Of a stretch of DNA of 64,000 bases, positions 1 to 10,161 are shown piece after piece; the first letter of the stretch is position 1; each line of letters begins with the position of its first letter. The notes under the pieces are model-generated. The model had not been told where the DNA came from, searched no databases, and saw nothing but the letters and a program-made list of their open reading frames with translations. The translations under genes were made by a program, and so were the position numbers. The stretch spans positions 62,001-126,000 of the forward strand of contig NIVC01000788.1 of the NCBI GenBank assembly GCA_002269645.1, given 5' to 3'. The DNA comes from Macrostomum lignano (lineage: Eukaryota).

Positions 1-165
1 TCAAGGTCACAGGAATCTCACTGGGTTCACAGGAATCTTATAAAGGGTCACAGGAATCTTATCAAGGTCACAGGAATCTAGTCGTGTTCAAGGGAATTTC
101 ATTGAGATCACAGGAAAATTGTACTCGTAGAATTCACAGGAACCTAGCAGAGGTCACAGGAGACC
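1..165. repeat. Degenerate ~20-bp tandem repeat with core TCACAGGAA(TC); runs off the window start
   Basis: Core cacaggaa recurs about 7 times at roughly 20-30 bp spacing. Confidence 0.6.
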
Positions 166-949
166 AAATTCATATCTTCGAGCTCACATGAAGCTCACCG
201 AGATCAATGGGTTCTGTGTTCCTTGATTCACACGGGTCTCGACACGAAAACAAGCACCTGAAAGGTTCGCACAGATATAGACTAACATACACCATTTATA
301 CTCAAGGTATAATAACTAACATCAGGTATCTCAGGCATAGACGACAGGTAACTGAGTACCAGCAGACTGTTAATGCTCAAAACAGAAGAAATAGCTACTC
401 ATTGTGGGAGATGAGTAGCTATTTCTCATGTCATTGTGAAATTGTCATTGTGTCATTGTGGGAGACATCCCACAAGAAACAAAAGAAAGAAGTAGATTTC
501 TAACGGAAGCTGAAAAGCTAAAAGTCTAAAAAGCAGCTCAATTCAGACCCTGTAGAGAAAAAGTGCTGGCTGTGGCGGGCCATTGTTTGTCAAGATAGTA
601 TTGCAGCAGATTTTACCGCTTCAGGGACACAGAAGCAGAACCAGCAAATGGAGGGGGGGGGGCTTGCGAGTAAATTGCCCATTGTCCTCCGGAACAGTGG
701 AAAATTGAAAGAATTGAAAACAACTTCCAAGCCGTATGAAAGCATTATAGACGATGAACAATAACAATGGAAAGTGATAAATGGATGATTGAAATGCAAT
801 GAGGAGAGCGTGACTCACGAACTGAATGATAATGCGGATGGCAGCAGAGAAAACCGATCGCGTCTCGAGTGAGAAATAGTCTAAAGGTAGAGTAGAATTA
901 TACTACTGACTCAGATATAATATAGTAGTATTAGTAGCTATGGCCCAGC

Positions 950-2097
950 TTAAAAATCTGGCATATGAGATAGTGGCAGATCTGTTGATAAATCTGGCAT
1001 ATGAGACAGTGGCAGATCTGTTTATAAACCTGGCATATGAGACTGGCAGATCTGTTGATAAATCTGGCACATGGGATAGTGGCAGACCTGTTTATAAACC
1101 TGGCATATGAGACAGTGGCAGATCTGATTATAAATCTGGCATATGAGATAGTGGCAGATCTGATTTTAAATTTGGCATACGAGATAGTGGCAGATCTGAT
1201 TTTAAACCTGGCATATGAGATAGTGGCAGATCTGTTTATAAATCTGGCATATGGGATAGTGGCAGATCTGATTTTAAATTTGGCATATGAGATAGTGGCA
1301 GATCTGATTTTAAACCTGGCATATGAGATAGTGGCAGATCTGTTTATAAATCTGGCATATGGGATAGTGGCAGATCTGTTTAAAAATCTGGCACATGAGA
1401 TAGTGGCAGATCTGTTTATAAATCTGGCCTATAAGATAGTGGCAGATCTGTTTATAAATCTGGCACATGAGATAGTGGCAGATCTGTTTATAAATCTGGC
1501 CTATAAGATAGTGGCAGATCTGTTTATAAATCTGGCATATGAGATAGTGGCAGATCTGTTTATAAATCTGGCACATGGGATAGTGACAGATCTGTTTATA
1601 AATCTGGCCTATAAGATAGTGGCAGATCTGTTTATAAATCTGGCCTATAAGATAGTGACAGATCTGTTTATAAATCTGGCATATGAGATAGTGGCAGATC
1701 TGTTTATAAATCTGGCATATGAGATAGTGGCAGATCTGTTTATAAATCTGGCACATGGGATAGTGACAGATCTGTTTATAAATCTGGCATATGAGATAGT
1801 GGCAGATCTGATTTTAAACCTGGCACATGGGATAGTGGCAGATCTGATTTTAAACCTGGCATATGGAATAGTGGCAGATCTGATTTTAAACCTGGCATAT
1901 GGAATAGTGGCAGATCTGATTTTAAACCTGGCATATGGAATAGTGGCAGATCTGATTTTAAACCTGGCATATGGAATAGTGGCAGATCTGATTTTAAACC
2001 TGGCATATGGAATAGTGGCAGATCTGATTTTAAACCTGGCATATGGAATAGTGGCAGATCTGATTTTAAACCTGGCATATGGAATAGTGGCAGATCG
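950..2097. repeat. 36-bp minisatellite (AATCTGGCATATGAGATAGTGGCAGATCTGTTTATA), ~32 copies
   Basis: Tandem units visible directly; translates as the 12-aa period INLAYEIVADLF in ORF 1037..2266. Confidence 0.97.
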
Positions 2098-2384
2098 AAA
2101 CGATCTATTGACAAACAAAACCAGTTCTAACAAGGAAATAATTATACATTCGAAGGTGATGAAATGCAGCAAGACTTTTCAAGTTCTGCCTTTTTTATTT
2201 TTTTGTGCCAAAAAAACAGAAAATAAATATTTTGCGAGTCTGGAGAAATGTCTTTCGATTTTTTGAAATAAAGGCAGAAGCAGGAAAATATTTCAAAGAT
2301 GCAAAACAATATCAGTGTGTGCTTAAAATTCAGAACATCTGATTGTGGTCTGTCTGCTTTCAAGATATTGTCGGTTTTGCCTGG

Positions 2385-3275
2385 ACTCTATCTCTCTCTG
2401 ACTCTCTGCTACTCCACTCTGATTTATGATCTCTCTCTGACTCTCTGCTACTCCACTCTGATTTATGATCTCTCTCTGACTCTCTGCTACTCCACTCTGA
2501 TTTATGATCTCTCTCTCTGACTCTCTGCTACTCCACTCTGATTTATGATCTCTCTCTGACTCTCTGCTACTCCACTCTGATTTATGATCTCTGTCTCTGA
2601 CTGTCTCAGCTACTCCACTCTGATTTATGATCTCTCTCTGACTCTCTGCTACTCCACTCTGATTTATGATCTCTCTCTCTGACTCTCTGCTACTCCACTC
2701 TGATTTATGATCTCTCTCTGACTCTCTGCTACTCCACTCTGATTTATGATCTCTGTCTCTGACTGTCTCAGCTACTCCACTCTGATTTATGATCTCGCTC
2801 TGACTCTCTGCTACTCCACTCTGATTTATGATCTCTGTCTCTGACTGTCTCAGCTACTCCACTCTGATTTATGATCTCTGTCTCTGACTGTCTCAGCTAC
2901 TCCACTCTGATTTATGATCTCGCTCTGACTCTCTGCTACTCCACTCTGATTTATGATCTCTGTCTCTGACTGTCTCAGCTACTCCACTCTGATTTATGAT
3001 CTCTCTCTGACTCTCTGCTACTCCACTCTGATTTATGATCTCTCTCTCTCTGACTGTCTCAGCTACTCCACTCTGATTTATGATCTCTGTCTCTGACTGT
3101 CTCAGCTACTCCACTCTGATTTATGATCTCTCTCTCTCTGACTGTCTCAGCTACTCCACTCTGATTTATGATCTCTGTCTCTGACTGTCTCAGCTACTCC
3201 ACTCTGATTTATGATCTCTCTCTGCCTCTCTGCTACTCCACTCTGATTTATGATCTCTCTCTGCCTCTCAGCTAC
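2385..3275. repeat. 39-43-bp CT-rich minisatellite (CTCTCTCTGACTCTCTGCTACTCCACTCTGATTTATGAT), ~21 copies
   Basis: Tandem units visible; two interspersed unit variants (39 bp and 43 bp). Confidence 0.95.
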
Positions 3276-3639
3276 TAAGTCAAAATAATCAATTAATTAG
3301 TTTAAAAATGAAGCCGACATTTGTGAGAATAAAGGTGCGCGGATCGGCAGTCTTGGTTGCTAGAAAACGATTACAAAATGAAAGTTGTTCGGGTGGCGAA
3401 TAGGGAACTGGAGAGCAATGAAAACTGAAGTACTTTACGCGATTAATTAATTGCATGATGCGTGGGAAATTTATGAGAAAACTTGTCCAAGCAAATTTTT
3501 AATTAATAAAAGAGTACAGTTACGAGTGCATTGACCAATAACTGATAGAAAAGGTAAGGGATGGGGATTGGCATGATTAATCAGGAATTGAGATTAGGGA
3601 CGTGTGCTCCAGGATTGGATGCTATGAATGGAAAAGAGG

Positions 3640-4215
3640 ATGGAGGTCAGGGAGGGGGTCAGGGATGGGGGTCACGAATGGGGATCAGGGATGGGATCAG
3701 GGATGGGAGTCGAGGATGGGAGTCGGGGATGGGAGTCGGGGATGGGGTCAGGGATGGGAGTCGAGGATGGGAGTCGGGGATGGGAGTCGGGGATGGGGGT
3801 CAGGGATGGGAGTCGAGGATGGGAGTCGGGGATGGGAGTCGGGGATGGGGGTCAGGGATGGGGGTCAGGAATGGGGATTAGGGATGGGGGTCAGGGATGG
3901 GGGTCAGGAATGGGGATTAGGGATGGGGGTCAGGGATGGGGGTCAGGAATGGGAGTCAGGAATGGTGATTAGGGATGGGAGTCGGGGATGGGGGTCAGAG
4001 ATGGGGTCAGAGAGATGGGGGTCAGGGATGGGGTCAGGGATGGGATTCGGGGATGGGGGTCAGAGATGGGGTCAGAGAGATGGGGGTCAGGGATGGGGTC
4101 AGGGATGGGGGTCAGAGATGGGGGTCAGAGATGGGGTCAGAGAGATGGGGGTCAGGGATGGGGTCAGAGAGATGGGGGTCAGAGATATGGGTCAGGGATG
4201 GGAGTCAGGGATGGA
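3640..4215 (+). repeat. G-rich degenerate tandem repeat (GGGATGGGGGTCA / GGGATGGGAGTCG)
   Basis: Dense G3-G5 tracts every ~6-13 bp; the ORFs here are low-complexity artefacts. Confidence 0.9.
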
Positions 4216-4409
4216 AATCCGGTATATGATATTATAGATGTCGAGAGGCATGAGTGGCAAAGTGAGGGAGAACGGATGGCGGCAAAGTGATAAAATAGAT
4301 AATTAATTTTCAGAAAAGCAGAGGAGCACAGCAGCATGGCCGTCTTAAAATTAAGGTTACAAAGACTATCAGTCCCCGAGAGTATGGATAAAAATGAAAT
4401 CTGCAAATC

Positions 4410-7400
4410 TCAACTATCCGCAGATTTGGTGGGCGGTTCGGGCTGCGGCTGCAGTTGCTGCGGGTCTTCTGACTCGGCTGATTCTTCTTCAACAGAGCCT
4501 TCACCTTCCGCTTCGGCTGCGACATCTTCGCTTGCATCTTCGACTGGGGCGGCTTCAACTCTGCCGCCTCCGCCGAGAGGATCAAAGGAGCCGACAAGAG
4601 CTGAATCTACCGGCTGGCTGCAGTTGGGGCAGGTGAAACTGCGCATTAGCCAAGCGTCAATGCAGGCCTTGTGAAAGCTGTGAGCGCACGGCAGGTAGCG
4701 CAGTTCGTCGCCGTTCTCGTATTCGACCATGCAGATGACGCACCTGGGCGCAATGGGGCAGGTGGCAATACCTGCTGTGAGAGGGGTGCTGGGACACTGT
4801 CTGTGGGGTACTGGGACACTGTCTGTGGGGTACTGGGACACTGTCTGTGGGGTACCGGGACACTGTCTGTGGGGTACCGGGACACTGTGTGGTAATGGGA
4901 CACTGTGTGGTAATGGGACACTGTGGGGTACTGGGACACTGTCTGTGGGGTACCGGGACACTGTGTGGTAATGGGACACTGTGGGGTACTGGGACACTGT
5001 GGGGTACCGGGACGCTGTCTGTGGGGTACCGGGACACTGTCTGTGTGGTAATGGGACACTGTGGGGTACTGGGACACTGGCTCAGTGAAATCAGATAGGG
5101 TCCGCCGTGAATTTCAAGGGAATGTTTCGGTTTATAGCAAGTCAGAAAAAATCGCCCAGCAAGCCTCCTCACTCTTTGTCGCTATCTTTGTCTCGCTCCA
5201 TGTAGAATCGAATTGGCAAGTAGCCAATCAGGCCGATTCGCTTGGCAATTTTCACCTGCTCGTCTTCGGACAGCTCGTCCACTCGGCGGCTACTGTCCGG
5301 GGTCAGGAAGTACCGCTGCTGCCGATTAGCCTGCGGTTTTGGTGTGATACGGGAGCTTGGGCTAGGCGTAGTCTAGACTCAAGAGCAGGGTCGGCAAACT
5401 CCGACCTGCTATGCCTCTTTATCCGGTTCTCGGGTCCTTTGAGACTTCACAATAGCAATCCGGCTCACTCCATTTTTGTGTCTCTTCTCTGCTCTCTTCT
5501 TTCCTCTCCCTTCTCCCCTCTTCTCTCCTCTCTTACTATTCTCTCCTCTCCTCTTCCTTCTCTCCACTTTACTGCGAGTCTCTTCTCTCTCCTCCATTCT
5601 CTCCTCTCCTCTCCCTACTCTTCCGTCTTCTCTTCTCTCTTTTCTCTTCTAATCTCTCCTCTCCTATCCCTTCTCTTCTTTTTCTTCTACTATTTCGTCT
5701 CTCTTTTATTCTTCTTTATTCTATTGGCAACACATACATGTAATTCGCTATTGGCTGAGAGCAGTCACGTGACTACTATTCCGTCCAATAGCGACTTACA
5801 TGTGTGTGTTGCCAATAGAAACGGCCGAGTGAATCCCAAGGTTGCGCCCAAGCATGTTGCCTCTCCTTTTTCTCATCTCTTCTCTCCCCTCCTCGGGCCC
5901 GCAATCATGCGCTGGGTTCTCTACCTGGCCTTTAAGGTAAAAAAAGTCTGCCGATCCCTGCTTTAGAACTAAAAAAGGTTGAATTGAACCCCCACAAAGA
6001 ATTGGATCCAAATTCCAAAAAATGATTTCATCACAAGCCTTATGACTATTACTAATAGCTATGACTCCCGGGTTCGAAAAATAATTTATATAGGAGAGGA
6101 ATCAAAATTGTTTAAAGATTAGCTCATAAGTCAGAACTAGAATACCAGTAAATAGTAAATTTTAGTGAATTAAATGATTTCTAAATAATAAAAAGCCAGG
6201 AACTAATAATTAGAAAAGTAAATATCACAATCAAGTTTTTTTTACTTATTGACCTTTGAAAAATGAGAAACGTATTGACCATGACCAAGATTCAAATGAT
6301 CGAGAAAGGAAAGTTCTAGGATCCATCTTATTACGAGCTAACATCTTGAAAATAATCTTGTCCAACCCCTCTTATCGCTTTGAAAAAGAGTGCCCTCGAC
6401 TGCAGCAGCCGCAGCTACATAAAACGAGAGACAGAGAGACCGCAGCGACAGGACAGTGGTCAGAAAGTAGAAGCTAATGTCCCGAATTAAGAATTCCAGA
6501 GCAAAAAGGTCATCAGCTTTGCCATTGCCTCCTCCTGGTTCTTTCTTGCACGAGTCTGGTCATCAGCTTTGCCATTGCCTCCTCCTGGTTCTTTCTTGCA
6601 CGAGTCTGGTCATCAGCTTTGCCATTGCCTCCTCCTGGTTCTTTCTTGCACGAGTCTGGTCATCAGCTTTGCCATTGCCTCCTCCTGGTTCTTTCTTGCA
6701 CGAGTCTGGTCATCAGCTTTGCCATTGCCTCCTCCTGGTTCTTTCTTGCACGAGTCTGGTCATCAGCTTTGCCATTGCCTCCTCCTGGTTCTTTCTTGCA
6801 CGAGTCTGGTCATCAGCTTTGGCATTGCCTCCTCCTGGTTCTTTCTTGCACGAGTCTGGTCATCAGCTTTGCCATTGCCTCCTCCTGGTTCTTTCTTGCA
6901 CGAGTCTGGTCATCAGCTTTGCCATTGCCTCCTCCTGGTTCTTTCTTGCACGAGTCTGGTCATCAGCTTTGACATAAGCAGCAAAGACAGATGCAAGCAA
7001 TATGGGACTGAGCTTCACTGCTGCCAAGTTTTAATGGCTACGAGCAAATCCAGGATGGCATTGCATCATAGTTTGACATTGCTAGAGACCCGCTTTAGCA
7101 CATGCTCAAGTGGCAGTTTCAAGTGGGAAGTTTTAAGGCGAAGTTTTTTATCTCAATTAGCAAGTTGTCTAGTTGCTTCACAGGAATGACACTGGGCATA
7201 ACCTTTAGCAACGTGCAGAACTGTTATCAAACTTAAAGTTGGTGCCCAAGAAGAAATTTTGGTCAAGGAAGCAAAGTCTACATAGCACACAAGTTTCTAG
7301 TGGTAGATAGTTAAACAACAGACTAACAAGCTCAGTTTCAAAGTTCCAGACATCCTTAAAGAAGCCAACTTGCTCAATGGGCAACAACTCTATACTACAA

Positions 7401-8542
7401 ATATATCTTGTACAAATCTAGTTATATTTAGACCCACCTAATAGATTCCAAACACAGAAACTATATATAAAATTATTAGCAAATGAATCAATTTTTTTAA
7501 AATTTATTATAAAAAGACTTTTTATGGCAAAATGATTATATATAGATCAGATATAGAAAAAACAGATCTAAAAAAGTATCTAAAACAATAAATAGCATAA
7601 TAGCACAGTCATTATCAAAACAGTGCAAGTATGGTAATACCAGATTTAAAATATGCTGCCAAAAATCTAATCCAAAATTTATATTTTGTTATCCCCAATA
7701 TATCTAATTATAGGTTAAACATAAATTTAAACATTTCCATGCATGCATAGGAGGCTTATATATATTTAACTATAAAGTTTATTAATAATAATTGGGAATT
7801 CCCATTTATTCATTTATTTAAAAATAAATTAAAATTAGGATTTTCTTCTTGTTTTTTTCAATTTATAGATAAAAATATAGAAAAACAATTTTTAGTATAG
7901 GATTAGAATGAAAAAATTAGGTGATATAAACCTAGACATAATATATAGGTATATAAGCTAAATAATTATTAAAAAAAGAAAAAAGCCCTCAAGCAAAACC
8001 ATGAAAATTTAAATTTTAAAGGCAAATTTATATTATAGCATTTAAAAAGTTTTTAGACCTTGGCTTATACCTTTAGGCATATATATGGCTTTATTAAGAC
8101 TATTTAATGTTTAGTTTTTTGCTAAGCTATAAATATAGAATACTAAAATAGCAATCAAAAAAGGCATATACTATAATACTAGACTTAATATTATTAGATA
8201 TATATTTAAAAAATTATGAACACTAATACAAGCTTAAGATTAGCAAAATTTAATCAATGTTAAAAAATTATCTGTCTTGAATTATTTTGAATGGACTTAA
8301 CTATAAGAAATTAATAGGCTTACTTCCTAGCTAGTTAGGCATGGACAAATGAATCAACACAGAATCATGCATTGACATATGCCTTGGCCTACCTGATCTT
8401 GGCCTTGGGATGTAGGATTGCTGCTTGTACCACTTTGTTGTTGAGCATGCCTTGATGGATGACTATTTTCTCGCAAAAGGCTTGCATTGCTACCTTCATT
8501 ATCCTCTGGGGAGCTCACACAGTTTCTTAGTGTGTTACCCAT
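4410..8542 (-). CDS. RNF11: RNF11-like RING-H2 E3 ubiquitin ligase, 3 exons (~227 aa)
   Basis: Exons 8542-8393 ([11 protein letters not shown]...), 5372-5173 (...[20 protein letters not shown]...) and 4743-4410 ([50 protein letters not shown]). GT-AG sites, phases 0 and 2 consistent. Motifs match my recollection of RNF11 (EEQIRIAQRIGLIQHLP; [23 protein letters not shown]). Confidence 0.9.
4788..5078. repeat. ~22-bp minisatellite (GGGACACTGTCTGTGGGGTACT) in RNF11 intron 2
   Basis: Tandem units visible; inflates ORFs 4410..4997 and neighbours. Confidence 0.92.
5386..5960. mobile_element. Non-autonomous hAT (Charlie-like) MITE in RNF11 intron 1
   Basis: Left end CAGGGTCGGCAAACT at 5386; right end reverse-complements to CAGGGATCGGCAGAC. 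CT-rich interior. The 3' subterminal sequence (CAATCATGCGCT...TTTAAGGTAAAAA) is shared with copies at ~11585 and ~47745. No clean TSD found. Confidence 0.6.
5719..5820. repeat. 36-bp inverted repeat (2 mismatches) with a 30-bp spacer containing the palindrome AGTCACGTGACT
   Basis: Arm 5719-5754 TTCTATTGGCAACACATACATGTAATTCGCTATTGG versus the reverse complement of 5785-5820. Confidence 0.9.
6508..6971. repeat. 50-bp near-perfect tandem array, ~9.3 copies, in RNF11 intron 1
   Basis: Unit GGTCATCAGCTTTGCCATTGCCTCCTCCTGGTTCTTTCTTGCACGAGTCT; only one substitution seen (near 6821). Confidence 0.97.
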
Positions 8543-10161
8543 TGGAATGTTAACTAGCAGTCACGGTTAGTAGGTTAGGCCTACTGCTACTAGGAAGCCC
8601 AAAAAGTCAAATCCAAGTGGTAGGGACCTAAGTATAGAACAAACAGTCAATAACGAGATTTAAGGCTTGCAGCAAAGAATTTAGTAGATAATAGAAGCTC
8701 TAATTCAAGAAAACACTGGCAAGAGCAAATGCCAGCAGTATTACATTTTATAATGACAAAAGCAAGCAAACATCCAATAGCACGTCACAGCACACCAATC
8801 TTTGTCAATTTCTTTTGGACTTATCGCTATGCTAATTATCAGCATGTAAAATGCCTTTGTCTAAGTTCTATTCTTGTCAGTGTCCGTGAAATATCAATCA
8901 GATGTTTTATAATTTTAAAATCGAGCAACGATTTTTACAAGAAAAGCGTTGACGAATGTTTTACGTAGAAGCATATAGAGTCACCTGGGGGTAAAATAGC
9001 AAACTATTTTTCGCATTTTTAATCGAGTCGGGATGTACCTGTATTTCGATCGAAGCTTGTAAATTTTGTTTAGCATAAAAATAAAATTAGATTATGAGCA
9101 TTCAAGACTATTACAGTATATTGGCCTCCACCAATCAGACTTTTAAATAGAATCCTAGATTGTTTGAGAACCCTGCGATCAAGGACTACTGTATATAGCT
9201 ATATACAGTGCGATATGAGCTCTTAGAGCCGACGTTTTTCCCTAGGCTTTAGGGGAGCAGGAAGCTCAGGTTAGTAAATCTGTCAGAACGAAGCGTGCCT
9301 AATTTTGGTCTGAGATCCACTGGAATTGACGTGAGAATATAGAAGCGTCCTGCACAATCTTCAGCTTCTCTATCTGATACACTAGCCTACGTACACCACG
9401 CTTCTAGAGCCATTATAGGGAGCAGGGTGCCACATCCACAGGCCCTGAAACGGGCTATCAGATGACGTACCCTTGCAGCAGCTTCATGTTATTACATGTA
9501 CGAGTGAGCGGTGAGTGTACATGCAACGTTATAGCGGCCCCTAAAATGAATGGCGAACACAAAAGACGGCCGGCAGTATTACATGGGGCCCTGTGGAGCA
9601 GCTTTGGCACTCGCATGCAGCGCTAACCTTACTATAGCCGCCCCCAATAAAATCCTCAACATCGCAACATGCTCTAATCGAACTTTGTCACAACATGCAA
9701 CAATGATTTATAGTCAATTTTGGACAGGTACTACTCAATAGGGACGGGAAACTACAAGGTAGAGAGGCCATCTTTGATCCTTGAGTTACCTGGGTTAAAA
9801 AAAAACTTGGAACACATAGTATGCCACAATCAAAGTATAAGTAATTATACGAGTTTTTTATTTCATGCCAAGGACAACTTGATAACTGCCTGATAACTAT
9901 TACAACTAATTGTTATCAAGTTGTCCTTGTTTCATGCCTGACACTTGTTTACTCGTACTTGCACCCATAGACACTTAGCTTTAACTGATGGACATGAAGA
10001 AAATTAAAAGCAAAAGTACGAGTATCAATGCTGTTTTGAATTGCCCTAGTCTCATATGCTGCTCTCTCTCTCTTTTGTTTTCCACGGATTAGCATGGCGT
10101 CTGTGAAGGCTAAATAAGACACAGTACATGTAGAAGCACAAGCTGCACACGCATCGCCACC

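Noticed and set aside
590-770. Possible terminal exon (IVFAADFTASGTQKQ...DDEQ*) of an upstream gene
   Set aside because: No recognisable domain and no upstream exon visible in the window.
1037-2266. 409-aa ORF and its antisense ORFs as genes
   Set aside because: Produced by a 36-bp array lacking stops in one frame; the ATG arises from a small deletion and no domain is present.
6508-6971. Hammerhead ribozyme in the 50-bp unit (minus strand CTGATGA...GAAA)
   Set aside because: The bases after CTGATGA cannot pair with those before GAAA to form stem II, and there is no stem I/III cleavage context.
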